In this document: piece by piece, positions 38,945 to 52,040 of the stretch
Layout: each line of letters starts with the position of its first letter
Position numbering within the stretch: position 1 is the stretch's first letter
NCBI GenBank assembly: GCA_973851085.1
Contig: OZ316775.1
Location: forward strand, 17,670,001 to 17,734,000
Direction of reading: 5' to 3'
Length of the DNA stretch: 64,000 nucleotides
DNA from: Ptychomitrium polyphyllum
Taxonomy: Eukaryota
Notes under the pieces: model-generated
Seen by the model: the letters and a program-made list of their open reading frames with translations, nothing else
Database searches by the model: none
What the model was told of the DNA's origin: nothing
Program-made: the position numbers and the translations under genes

Positions 38945-40090
38945 TCAGTGTTGGACAGGGGGCTGATGCTCGTCTCCGCTGCTGCCCGTGGTGGGCAAGC
39001 CGAAGTAGACCTTGAAGGAGTCGTAAATGACCCACTGGGCGGCAGTTAGGGTTCCGATCATGGCGATTCGCAACGGCAACCCTCGCGTGAACAGCGCAGT
39101 CATGCCCATCTCCTGCACGGCTTGCGACATTGTGGCGCCCTTGGCGTTGTTCAGAAATGAAACGAGGTTATCCGCCGGGTGAGAGATGATAGCGCAGGCG
39201 ATTCCAGCGATGTATCCCGCCGCAAAGCTCACTCCCAGCTGCGTCCCACTTGAGCACTCCGACTTCGGCACCGGCACCAGGTGCTTGTACAACATCTCTA
39301 CCGTGCTCTCGAACGTCGCAAATTTCATCATCGTGTAAGGAATCTGCCGCCCCCACAGCGGCACCAGACCCTTGTACAGCCCCGCGTATCCATCCGAGGC
39401 GATTAACTTCGGCAACCCGTCCGACAACCCCTTCGCGAACCCGGGTTGCGTCTGCACCCTAACCTTCGTCGCCTCGAAGGGACATAACCCAAGATCGGCG
39501 ATGAACTCAGCGCTTGCGGAAGCGCCGAGATACAACAAGGTCTTGTACCGCACGGCGTTCTCATATCCCACGGCGTCCGAGTACTTCTTCTTGAAGAATT
39601 CATAGAAGCCATACTTGCCCGCGCCTTGGATGCAGTAGCCCACGAATGTGGGTGCCCAGCCACGATACAGACTGCGCAATCCCTCCTCCTTGACCACGAG
39701 CTTGAAAGCCTCGGAGGTGCTGGTGTACTTCTTGGGCGCGATTTGCATGTTGCATTTCACGACGTCCATGGGCGTGACGGCTGTGTGAGTCAAGCCGCAG
39801 CAAAGGAGCCCGCCTAGCCCGCATGCAAGGAAATACTCCGTGGAGTACATTTGGATCTTTCCGTTCTCTGCTGGGGCAGGAATCACGAAGCTCCCGCCTG
39901 GCGATGGCGACGATGACGCTCTATACTGCAGTTTTTGCAACAGATATGGGGAGCCCGTACCTGCGACTCTGCGAGGCTCCTGTAGAGTGACCATCCTGAA
40001 GCTTGTGTGTGGTTCGAGAAGAGTCCGCGGCGTGTACAGATACTGCGGAAGGACCGCTCTTCGGCCTGTTGTGTCCGCAGCTGCCTCCAT
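38945..40090 (-). CDS. PHT3: Mitochondrial phosphate carrier (SLC25/MPT family), single exon, 381 aa
   Basis: CGLTHTAVTPMDVVKCNMQ, GWAPTFVGY, ASAEFIAD..LCPFEATKVRVQT, PLWGRQIPYTMMKF and SHPADNLVS are three carrier repeats typical of phosphate carriers. The ORF is open. Confidence 0.96.
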   Translation of the reverse strand: MEAAADTTGRRAVLPQYLYTPRTLLEPHTSFRMVTLQEPRRVAGTGSPYLLQKLQYRASSSPSPGGSFVIPAPAENGKIQMYSTEYFLACGLGGLLCCGLTHTAVTPMDVVKCNMQIAPKKYTSTSEAFKLVVKEEGLRSLYRGWAPTFVGYCIQGAGKYGFYEFFKKKYSDAVGYENAVRYKTLLYLGASASAEFIADLGLCPFEATKVRVQTQPGFAKGLSDGLPKLIASDGYAGLYKGLVPLWGRQIPYTMMKFATFESTVEMLYKHLVPVPKSECSSGTQLGVSFAAGYIAGIACAIISHPADNLVSFLNNAKGATMSQAVQEMGMTALFTRGLPLRIAMIGTLTAAQWVIYDSFKVYFGLPTTGSSGDEHQPPVQH

Positions 40091-43000
40091 CGCTGCCGTT
40101 CTAGGGTCGCCACTCAGAGGTGCGAGGACGACGAAAACTGGTTAGATGTTGCAAGAAAAGCCTCGACAGCAGTGCTAAATTTCAAGACGGACCAAAACCT
40201 CAAGAGAATCTCTACCTATGACGAGACAAATCCTATTAACAGAACAACCGCAGAAACTACTCGCATCCTGCATTCAATATCTTCCACCAATTTGAACCAC
40301 CACCCTAGAGAATCCTCGACGTCTAGTACTCGTTTACTCTAAGCTCGTCTTTACTCAAGAATAATCAAGTATTATCAAAGATAACAGAGTTACGACTCGG
40401 CTCACGTTCGCATCAAGCAAGCGGATCACTGCACTGAGTACGGGACTGGTGAATACTGTAATATGAAATAGCCATGCTAATTCTGCAGTTCGACTCTAAT
40501 TGACTATCCAGTTCGGTCGACTCCGAAAACACGTGGCAAACATTCATATATCCCTGAGTCTTGAGGAGTTCTGGAAGTATGACCGGCGATGAGCAGTCGG
40601 AAGTGGACCAATAGGGTTCATCCATTAGAGTACGGCAGATGGCCAGCCGAGAGTGGCCGGTAGGAGTCTACCGGATGGAAAAGACCAGGCTGCTCTCATT
40701 CGTAGCGTGGCAGCCAGTAGTTGTTTGAGCTTGGTCAAATGGAGGCTGTGACGATGAATGCGTTGGATGAACTCAGGACCGTCGGTGATTGGAGGAAGAA
40801 TGGCGTAAAAGCTGACGTCAAGTGCCAGGTCATCCTTTATGGAATCTATACTCTACATCACCGTATGCAGCGTGTCACTCTACTGAACAAGCTTGAAGTT
40901 GCTACTTCCCAGGCTTTCTGGATGTAATTTAGGCCCATTTCATGAGGACTCTTACGAATGAAAGCCTCTGTGTCCACAACTTTGTGGACTCCCGTTTTTG
41001 TCAGGTCATGGAGATTTCATCAGAGATAAGAACACTTAAACCAAACAAGCCTTCGTTTGTTTGGAACGTGAATCGAGCTTGACGGTATTGATCTAAAGAT
41101 GGAGTCACCAAAGAAGTTACTACATGTCAATGTGGCAGCAAGAGATTTTTTATTTTGGATTAAAAACCTAACATAACAAGGTTGTGAACGGAAGGAGACT
41201 GGGCGCAGCTATAAGTCCTCATCAGTACAGGTTACAACATCACATGAATCAACTTCCAGGTTAATGTATCTTCATACATTGATAATCAGGCCTTGAGGTT
41301 TTACATTTCAAACTTGCTTTTGTAGAGAACAACTATTCCAAGGTGCATGTAACCATGGTGTGATGAGTTAACATAGAAACCCTAAATCCAAAAGTCATCC
41401 TCTTGTATAGAAATTTATTCAGATTCCTCATGAGATAGACTTAATAGATTTGGCGTAGTGGTCTGAAGTAGGCTTTAGATTCTCATGACAAGCCTGCAAA
41501 GAACATGGTAAATTCCATAGCGTAGGCCTCAATTGTAACTTCTCAAGGTTTGCAGGGCAACCTAGCTCCTACATGTGATGACTAAACAATCATCATATCT
41601 CTTGGAAAAAGTACTAAATTTCATCAGGATGTCACGTGAAGTGATATTGGAGGGCCACATCACGTCAATTAGTTTGTTAAATGGACTTCTGTAGGAGTCC
41701 ATGTTAAATTTGGATGAAATTCATCCATATTTTAGGGCTCATCCACCTAGGGTTTGGTTGTAAGTAAGGGAAGAGCTTCTTGACTTGACATTGTTGTCAA
41801 GTCAAGTCTTGTGAGTGTGTTTTTAGAGAAGAAACTTATGTTGTAGTTTTTTTGTAGTTATGGTTTAGTAGTCTATAATAAAATTTGGAGTTCCCTCCTA
41901 CAATAGCACTCTTGGATTCTTCTTTTATGGAGTGAAAGATAGCTTGATTCTTGTGTGAATAATTAGTTTCTTGAGTGTGAAAAGAAATTAGATTACCTGA
42001 CAATAATGTTCCCACATTTACTTCTTTAGATCTCAAAATTGAGTTTGAGTAATTAAAAAAAATTTGTGAGTACTTACTACATTGTTGTAAAGCACGGTAA
42101 GAGAAAGAGAACGCAACAAACGGCATATGATTTAGACAATTTTTGAAGAAGTTGGAGTCATTTGAAGTTTTCAAGGTTTCATCCCTATCTGTGCTGATAT
42201 GGTGCGAACTGAAATCTTCACAATTCTTAGATTTTCAGAATCTTCATTTTCGTAGATTTTAAACATGGATCCTAAACCCGTCAGGGACCTAAACCCGTCT
42301 CTGTACAGCCTCTAATTTCTCAATTACTGCGACTTCATAACTTTTGCAAAAAAGGTTATTTTTGAATTTTGTTTGCGGATTTGGGTTCTCTAGGGGTGAA
42401 TATATCTACAGGTAATAAAAACTTATGGTGATAAAAGTTTTTCAAAATCACATTTTTATGTGTTTTTTTTAAAAAAAAATAATAGAGCCTTAACTTTGGA
42501 GATGGATTGTGAGGGCATTTTGACTCAGTTTTGAGCAAAATTTGCACCTACATTTGGGATTTTAGCCATTTAATCTAATTTTTGAATTGAATTGGCTTTA
42601 TGGCACGTTGTATCTCCTAGTATAGCTATTTTCATTGGAAGATTTGTGTTTTTAAACACCGCAGCCAAAGTTTCTCACTATTTTTTTAGTTTAAGACTTG
42701 AATAAAATAATTTTAGTGTTTTTGTTTGCATTGCAGGTTTTTGCGACTTTGTGGCTATCAACCGCAAGCGTGTGCCGGTTGCTCTAGTCCACTTGCATTT
42801 TGTAATTCGTTATTGGAAAGAAAATCTAGGCTTTGAATTTTGGGATTTTGTTATGGTACCTTCCCATATTACAAGCATTGTTGCTGTCAATTTATACTCT
42901 TGCTCCATATTGTGTTGTATTTAATCTGTGTTTATGTGCGTATTGTAGGGATGAGGTCGGGTTGATAACCGACAAGATCCTTTTTGTTGGTACCATGTGG

Positions 43001-45901
43001 GCGGTACTTATTGGACTTGTGATGATCAAAGGTGATGGCCGATTCATCGCATAGTTTGGTGGAGATTGCAGGTGCAGGTGCAGGTTGCCCATTTATCCTT
43101 TAGATGGTTGAAGGTACTCAAGTAGTCATTTTTATGGTGTAGACACAAAGTCAATAATATCAATCTCCACCACCAGACTACTTGAAGGGTACACACACCA
43201 AAGACTTTGAGCCAACGGTAGATACCAAAAAGGCTTTTAAGCCTATTTCAACGTTAAATAGTACTAGTAGGCTACGGGTTTGGAGTGTAGGCATGTTTAA
43301 CAAAATGGACGACGATCCTCGCCATGTCATGAGGGATTGGTTCTCCAAAAGGAGTGGGTGCATTTTCCTATCCGACTCAAAGCTCAAGTTTTAGACCCGG
43401 ATGAAGGAAAAGTGCCAGCAATCTCCAAATTTCAATGACTTGTACGCATTTGAGTTGTAGCCACAAAATTTGGAGTTTAAGGCACTTTAGATATATGAGC
43501 GGTGGACTAATGAACATGAACTCCAATTGTGTGAGGAGGAACGCTATTGGGAGGCTTGTGTAGAGCTCATTTTTGCCCTGAAGAAAGGTGCAGTGGCTAA
43601 TTTGATCCCTATAGTGAAGGTGGAAGAGAAGCCTGGAGAAGGGAGTGGCTCATCTTTCAAAGATACAAAGAGCAAGGCTCTGGTAGTGAGTCAATCCTTG
43701 GTCACAATATCACAAGTGGCGCAGGCTACACAGGCAACGTTATTTGCAATTGGTCGGCCACTGTTGTTTGAACCACTTTGCTTGTTCATAACTCATCTAG
43801 AGGTTGAGTATGTGGGCTTCAGACGTGATCAGATGCAACGCATCAAAGACTTCCGCTGCAAGAAGGAAGATACTTCACGTACCATATATACCTAGTTGGC
43901 AAGGTTTGTAGTGGAATCTAGAGGTGTATTTGCAGAGAGTCAGTTTGTCAAGATCTTTTTGTCTAAGGTTAACAAGCAACTACTAGACTTGGCTATGCCA
44001 AGGATTATTTTCAACTACCACGGTCAAGCAACGTTGGCTCAAGTATTTACCAAAGTTGAGATGCGTAATTGAGCTCTTTGTCAACACGATGCCACTGATA
44101 TGGTTTCTTGGATGACAGATGCTTCCAAGTCCAAGAAGGCTGCTACTGCTACAAATAATTTGGCAAAGACTCAGCCTAAGAAGACTCTGCATTGTTGGAG
44201 GTGTGGTGAAGCTGGCCATACCATACATGACCCTAATTGCCCTAAGAAGAAGAAAGCTCCAATATTGAATAAATCTAAGCAGAGGGCAGATTTGGTCAAG
44301 ATTGCAAAGAAGGCTAAAAAGAAGCAATTGAAGTATTCTCATTGTAACAAACTCAACCATGATGATAATTACTATTTTATTTTACATCCAGAGAAGTGGC
44401 CTATTTCGGAGAAAGAAAAAACATTAGAAGCTAAAATTACAGAGCCCGAGAAGAAGTTCTAGACTGTGGCTTCAATGGGTCACGTCACTGACTCTAAAAT
44501 GGTTCTTTGAGGTGGAATAGGCACTTTTACTACAAATGTTTATATTTTTGGGGCTTCATGGGAGATGGTAGCTACACTTGCTACACGTGTCTAAACAGCA
44601 GCCAAGATGGTGACAACGAACATGGATGAATCACAACAAAGCGTGCGTACGCGTCATAGTGTTTCACCAGATCAGATTGGCTAAGCCTAGTTGCCATTAT
44701 TATTTAGCCTTGCAGATACTGGTTGTGCATCTTGACCTATTTTTCCAGCTTTAGCACAAGATGGAGGAACTGCTTTTAGAGACTTGGCGTACACTTTGGC
44801 ACACAAGGTGTTGCATAGGCCTATTTTTTCTAGTGTTGAATTGACAACACCAAACTTTCATCTAGCTGGGATTTTTCACTTGATTGGCAAGTTGTTGGAA
44901 GGAAAAGTGGCTATGCCATCTCTTGAAGTGGCTCAAGCAAGTATTAGGCCTTCCATAGATGAGGATTTGGCTATGTTTTGAGCTAAACTTGCAGTTGATG
45001 CCATTGCAGCATTTGATGCAAGTGCTTCACAACAAATGAAGCAAAGTCCTTCATTCAGTGCGCCATTGGCTGTAGGAGTGGCATATTTATCTGACGTTGC
45101 AACTAGGCCTGCTTGAAAATGTCAAAATTGCGACCAAGAATGGTGCGACTAGTTAATGAGAACAATGTACTTGTTATTAGCCATACCAATGGCAATGCCA
45201 CTCGTGCTACACCGGTGAGAGTTATAATGGACTTTGGTGCTCAACCAATCATGATTGGCAAGCAACTTGCTCAAGAGCTAGATCTAGGTGATGCAAACCT
45301 TGAGCCTTGTCTATTTACCATCATCACTTCAGTTGGAAGCACAGAGCATGCTACTGGCTATACTAGACAACCATTGCAATTGATTCTCCGCATTGGTTTT
45401 AGACCTCTTTACTCACACTTGTCTCTATAGTGTGCACTGACCATTGCTACCAACTATGATATTTTAATTGGTCAGTAGGCAATTTATCTGCTCACTTTTG
45501 GTTTAGAAAACTGGACTAACGAGGCGTGGAGTAGGCCAGGTTGGTCCGCAAGGGATGGAAGGAAAGAATTCATTCCTATAGCATTTGCAGCAGCCACCAT
45601 GATTATGTTGGCAAAGAATTTATTTGGTTGCAGCACCTTAGCAGCAAACTTACCTTGTGAGCTTATTCTGCTAAAGGAGACATTTGTATTTATGTCTAGT
45701 TCAGTGGCACAATATGGTTCACTACCTTTAGAGGTTCCTGTACGACATTGTGAGGATCCATTTCCACCGTGGAGCACTCTAGTAGAGCTATCTCAGCAAT
45801 GCCAAGAGATTGTGGCTTCATTGGAGCTTTTGGAGGTAACAGCTACCTCATTACTATCTGCCTTTGTCCATCTTATTCATTGGCATCCACCAACTGAGGG
45901 T

Positions 45902-46790
45902 GTTACCTTTGTGGAGCTATTTGAGGGCATTAGTACCAGTTTGGCTACAATTTTGGAGGCCGGACTCAAGGTTCGGCGATACATTCATGTGGATACTAGT
46001 TTAATTTCCAATCAAGCAGCCCGACATTACATCCAGAGGTTATTAATTCTATACTCCGAGCAGTTACCTTCATTTGCCATTCACGGTTGTTTTAGCCAAC
46101 TCCCTTGAAATGTCACTTTTCATTAGGGATGAGGATCTAAAGAGATTGGGCTATGTTGACTTACTCATTGCTAGATGGCCTTGTCAAGGCCATTCACGTG
46201 CCAAAGTTGGTTGGGGTTTGGATGACCCTCCGTCAAATCTATTTGCAGACTTGATCCGGCTCACACAGTGGTGGTTTACACACCAAGTTACACCGCCTGG
46301 GTATATTTTTGAGAAAGTGCCTCCATTAAGACAAAGGTTTTAGAAGATGGGTAGTCCTAGGATTCTTACGTACATTGCCCCCGTTGGATTTGGACCAACT
46401 TGGCACCATCTCATGTATTCACGGCAACACTTTCTAGAATCCAACGATCCACTGGACGCAAGGTGGATGATATTTTAAATGATCATCACGTTTCCTTGAA
46501 AGTTTCCAAAGACAATGAGTTTCCGTTGGCTTTGGTCACAAGCTGGGAGCACCTTGTGGCACGTTACCCACATTAGTGACATATCCAGGATATTTTGCAT
46601 TCCGAGCACGTGGACCTAGCATGGTTTGGGATTCACATTCATAAACTCATGAAGAGCCTACTGCAGATAAGAGGGAGCACGCTATGGGTTTTCTAACAGG
46701 CACCACAATTGCTCATGATCTCATTGAGGGTTAATGTTGATTTCTTTTGGGCCAAGCTATAAACTTCAACTCTTTGGTGTGGATTTTTGG
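45902..46790 (+). pseudogene. DNMT3-like cytosine-5 DNA methyltransferase domain inside the retroelement pol (degenerate)
   Basis: Motif I VELFEGISTSL (45911), IV DLLIARWPCQGHS (PCQ 46179-46187), VI YIFEKVP (46311), VIII HCPRWIWTNL (46373-46402), IX/X KREHAMGF..GTT...FLLGQAI (46669-46761). The motifs are collinear and in canonical order. Confidence 0.85.
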
Positions 46791-47439
46791 CATCTATCTT
46801 GCTATCCAGCAATATCATGATGGCCATTTGCTTTCTCTAAGGTCACAGAGCAATGGTTAGAGGGCAGTAGAACCAAAACTCATTGAAGTTGAAGAATTTG
46901 AGTTATTTTTTTGCTTGAAGTGACATACAACGGAAGAGCTACGGGCTCAACACGTCTTTGCTGCTTTGGGGCTAGACTTTGGAAGAGCATTGCCCAAGAG
47001 ATATTTTCACTGCTCTTCTTGTAACGTATTCCATGTCCTAGTGAAACCGCCATCTCACACATAAATGATGGTGGTGAAGCTCCTCATCTGACTTCTAACA
47101 AGGATGATGGAGGCATGATAGTTGTCTCTGCTACAGCATTAGCAGTTAGCGGCCGTGCCGGCATGTAGTGGTTCTCAATTGGCAAAGAAAGAGACCAAAA
47201 AATTTAATGATTGGCCATTGGAATTAGGGCCACATCTTACAAGTGCCAAAGCACAAAGGGTATGCGCTTTTTTTCGCTCGTATCGCAATTTTTTTGCCTT
47301 TAGCTTCAACGGCCTTGAAGGCTATAGAAGCTAATCCATTCACATTCAATTGGAGAATGATCATCCAATCTTTTGACGACCTTACAAATTGAGTGCCTCA
47401 GAGAAAGCTGGTGTTCAGACTTGTTGTCAAGAGTTATTG

Positions 47440-48585
47440 TGTTGCGCACCTCTCCTTGAGGAGTGCCCGCAACACTAAGGGCACAAGGGGGACCCCGGAG
47501 TGACGTCCGGGACTTGGAGCGCCGATAGTGAGGAGAACCGAGTGGGCCTAGCATGGGAAGGACCCCTAGGGGGAGAAACATCCTTGCCCATGTAAACCAA
47601 AGGCCACGAGGGACAGATCAGGAGCATTGGAGGAATCACGAAGAGCTGATTCTAGAATGCTAAGGATTGCCCAAATCGGACATGGGAGCTAAAAGTTATG
47701 GCATCCCAAAGTTGGGGTTGCCAAAGGGGCTGTTCTGGAGTGTGGCAGCCCTACACAGTGACTGTGCTACAGTGGAACAGTCCAGGGAGGGACTCCCCGG
47801 GAGTCCCGAACCTTGGGAGAGGCGTATCTCCCACAATACTAACTCAAACCGGACGTTTGAGGAGTCTATCGGCATCTACGCAAAGAGTAAATGACGATAG
47901 AGTGGTCGCTTGATACATTCGGGCACCAAATGAGGAAGATATGATGCCCTGAAGTTCCGCTAGGAGTCTTGGAGGCTTCTAGCGGCTAAGTCCCAAGGAA
48001 AATCGGGTGGTCTTCCAAAACTCTAGGTGTGTCAGGGTTCAGCTAGCTCCAGAGGGCCAGAGGGCCTGCCAAATCCCACAGAGAGTACTATAAGGGAAGG
48101 TTGGTTCCCCTCCCCACTCCCTTAGTATCCCGGTAGAGACCAAGGGTGAGTCCCGGTTGGTAGAGCTAATGTTGGGGCTTCACCACGGGAACTCCCACAC
48201 CATTGTGAGCCAGTGGACGGCCGGTTTCACAAAGGGAGCTAGCACGTTCAAAAGAATACGCTTGTTACCACTAAATTGGGGTGGTGTCTTCACGCCGGCA
48301 CCATGATGGCTTGGGGTGATCTTAGGATTACATGGGCATCATGAGTGGTGGTGAGGAGACACCACTAAGTGCGGTTAGGCCGTGTGGAATGGGAGTAATA
48401 CCAAGTGAGGCCTTGGACATGAATGGAAGTCTGTACCTAACCATTGGTTATTAATAAATTGGGTGTCCTAAGAGAAATGGTAGAAAGACTTGAAAAGTGA
48501 GAATGGGGGTTAACCATGTGCATGTGGGGATGTACAGGGTTGACGCGCGTGACGCTTGCTAAGGTGCATTGCAAGGGTTGCGACA
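47440..48585. mobile_element. Solo LTR (second family) inserted in the RT N-terminus, TSD TATTG
   Basis: TGTTGCGC...TTGCGACA termini, tattg at 47435-47439 and 48586-48590. The RT reads through as CQELL|AASLIE once it is removed. Confidence 0.95.
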
Positions 48586-50700
48586 TATTGGCTGCAAGTT
48601 TAATTGAGCTCTTTAATGATAAGTTTGCTTGTGCCACAGTGATGCCTTTTAAGAATGATATATTTGGAAAGTGGATAGAGAAGCGGATGTGTGAAAATTA
48701 CCGTCTAGTTAATTAAAAGACTAAGTCAGACCGGTATCCGATACCAATGCTAGAGGAGCTATTTGATGCAATTGGATTTTCTCGAGTTTTCAGCACTTTG
48801 AACTTGCAATTTGGCTATGACCAATTGCCATTGCTTGTGGAAGACCAAGTGAAGACAGCATTTTGGGGAGTTGATTAGGATGGCAAGGATCAACTCTACT
48901 ATTAGAAGTTTCTTCCATTTGGCCTAAAGAATGCACCTGCTGAGTTTCAGAGGGTGATGGACCGGGTTTTGATTGGCTTATCATTTGCCAGATGCTACAT
49001 TGATGATATTATCATCTCTAATAATAGCCCACAAGAGCATGTAAGGCATTTACAGACAGTGTTTTAGTAATTACGGTAGTAGGGATTATGCTTGCACCAT
49101 GGCAAGTATAAATTCTTCCACGACTAGTTACCATACTTGGGCCATATTATTGTTCCAAGAGGTTTGGACGTGCAACAAATAGAGGTAGATGTTTTGCAGA
49201 GGACTCACCTCCTAACGATGTGTCACGGCTTTGAGCTATTCTTGGCTTGGCAAATTACTATTGCCAATTTGTCAAGAACTTCAGCTTGATTGCAAAGCCT
49301 TTAACCACTCTAACAAGTAAGGAATAGCCATGAACTTGGAGTTGTGAGCAGCAATAAGCATTTGATACATTGAAGCAGAGGTTGGGTTCAGCTTTAGTGC
49401 TTCAACGTCCAGATGCTACTAGACCATTTCAATTACACACAAACTGAAGTGCAGTAGGATTGGGAGCAATTTTGGCACAAAAGGATGATGTTGGGCGGAA
49501 ATATGTCATTGCATTTGCTTCTAGAAGCAATAATAATGCGGAGCCCAACTACTCATCCTATGAAGAGAAAGCCTTAGCAGTAATTTGGACCATTGCTCAC
49601 TTTCAACCTTATTTGTTCGAGCAACGGTTTACATTGGTGACTAACCATCAACCTTTGAAGTGGCTAATGGAGTTAGACAAATTAACTGGCAAGCTTGCTA
49701 GATGGGCACTGTTGCTTCAAGAGTATGACTTTGAGGTTGTACATTGGACAGGCATAACCAATTTGAATGCGGATGGACTTTCCTGCAATCCAAGTCTTTT
49801 AGATGAAGACTTAATTGGAGCCAGATGGCATGGGAATTGCGATAGAGAGGCAGTGCCTAGATGGCATGCGGTAGCATATCTTACTTTGATGTCAAGCTAA
49901 GCATTTGAGGTGCCTAATCAAGGCTCAAATGAATAACTTGACAGAATCCTAGCTGTTGGCAATGTGTGGAAAGACCTTGCGATCTTGCACAAGATTCAAT
50001 AAGGATCATTTCCTTTAGCTATTTCCGCTATGGAGGGGAATAGGATTACTCACCTAGTAGCAAGATTCCGTTGGGATAAAGGCTTGCTATTTTGTGTGTG
50101 GCTGGATGGAGCTAGGCACATAGTTCCATGGCCAAATCAGATAGCTTCTTTGGTGCAGCAAGTGCACGAGGAGCTTGGACATTTTGGAGTGCACAAAATA
50201 CATTCTATATTACGCAGTCAATATTGGCAGACTAGCATGTATCAATAGATTGCCATATATGTTTCTCGGTGTGAGATGTGTGACTGGGTCAGGTCCAATT
50301 TTAATCCCTTATCACCTCAGTTGAGACCTTTACCAATCATGAGTTTGGGCTATCGTTAGTCTTTAGACATTGCCGAGCTACTTGTTATTACCCACATGGA
50401 GCTAAATACATGTTGGTGATGGTGGAACATTTAGCAAGTAAATTGCACTTGAGGCTCTACCACAAAACTCTTCCAAATTAGCAGCCGTGGTATTTCTTGA
50501 TTGAGTCTTGGCACATTTTGGAGCACTTGTTGAGGTGTAAATGGATCAAGGAAGAAAATTTCTTGGATCTTTTGAGGCTTTGTGTACTAAGACTTTAATT
50601 GATCATTGTACGACATCTAGAGATCACCTTGAGACAGATGGCTTGGTTGAACGGGTTGTTCAGATTGTAAAGTGTGGATTATAGAAGTATGGATTGCTTC

Positions 50701-51343
50701 GGTTAGGGATACAAGAAACAAGAGCAGAAACGAAGTGTTTCCCAAGAATTAGCTTCCAAAGAGCTAATGATTAACAAGAACTTGATACAAAGACTAGAAC
50801 AAGGCAAGATTCAAGATGATCCACAACTTGTGTTGGCAAGACTAAGGAATACCTTGTCTTGCCTCCTATTTATACTAGGACGTTTGTATCTCCTAGGATA
50901 CTTCTAAAGAAGCTTTCTACAAGGCTTAAGAATGTTCTGGAAGTCTAAGGAACCTTCCCAAGAAGTTTCCTAAGATGTTGGAACCTTCTTAAGTAGCTTC
51001 CAAGGAATTGGAACCTTCTTTGGAAGCTTCCAAGGAGTTGGAACCTTCCTTGGAAGTTTTCTAAGGTAGCAAAACCTTCTTAGGAAGTTTCCTAAAGAGG
51101 TAGAACCTTCCTAGGAAGTTTCCTAAGGTGATGGAACCTTCCTAGGAAGTTTCCTAGGAAGTAACCTAAGATGATAGAACCTTCCTAGGAAGTTTCCTAA
51201 GGTGGAGGAACTTTCCTAGGAAGCTTCTTAAAAACATAAAAAGGCTATGGAGACATCTAAAAGTATTCTAAGAAACTATTATAGTATACTAGACGGTTTT
51301 TGAATGTTCTAAAGACTATGTTGCATGATTTATGTCCGTGACA
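50701..51343 (-). mobile_element. Chromovirus-type solo LTR inserted in the integrase core, TSD GCTTC
   Basis: gcttc at 50696-50700 and 51344-51348. It ends CCGTGACA, contains ~29-30 bp tandem repeats (ggaaccttcctaggaagtttcctaagg) and has TATAAATAGG on the minus strand. Confidence 0.92.
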
Positions 51344-51905
51344 GCTTCATGGCAACCATCATGATTGGTATTTAATGTTACCATGGATTGCAATGGATTA
51401 CCACTTTAGCGGGCAAGCATCTTTGGCATCTTACAATCCTTACCAGTTGTTGTATGGACAAGAGCCAATTCTACCTAGCTTAGTGCGTGAGAAGTTGGCT
51501 CCAGTTGTGGACTTAGATGACCCTGACATTTGGGCTCAATGTCTATACGATCGAGCAGAGTTCTTCAAGAAAGCCATGCCTATGGTAATGGAGAACTTAG
51601 CTACTACTCAGCATTGTGATAATTTACGATATGCTCGTATCCGTAGCGGAGCTGATTGACCTCAATTGCAAAGATTCTCCAAGGGAGATTATGTGTATCT
51701 ATAACATGAGGCTCCTACAACACTTGATATTAAGGAGGGGCGCACAATTCTTTGTGTGAAGGATGTGTTACCTAGTGGTATTTTAGTGCTTGAAGGCAAA
51801 GATGGATGGGAGTGTCGGGAGCATTCAAAGAATTGTGCTCCATATCATCTTCTTATTCATGGTTCTATACATCTTGAGTTGGCGGTTGTGCCAGATGGTC
51901 TTCCT

Positions 51906-52040
51906 TGTTTTGTGTGTGGTGAGAAGAAAGGAGCGGCTACCATGTTATTGTGTGACCAATGCCAACGTGGATGGCACATGGCATGTTTGACACCACCCCT
52001 TTTAACTCTACCTTCTGAAGATTGGATTTGCCCTTGTTGT
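51906..52040 (+). other. PHD finger (C4HC3) at the integrase C-terminus
   Basis: CFVC-x8-LLCDQC-x4-H-x2-C...WICPCC within ORF 51756-52082. Confidence 0.92.

Noticed and set aside
39168..40342. Multiple overlapping ORFs on both strands
   Set aside because: Shadow frames of the GC-rich phosphate carrier CDS.
41630..42210. Candidate 5' LTR (TGTCAC at 41630) and TGG-starting PBS (tggtgcgaac at 42200) for the MTase element
   Set aside because: I found no matching 3' copy downstream of 52082 and no TSD, and could not match the PBS to a tRNA by eye.
50945..51230. Regularly spaced palindromic repeats resembling a CRISPR array
   Set aside because: Units are head-to-tail with no unique spacers, lie inside a TSD-flanked LTR, and the context is eukaryotic with no cas genes.
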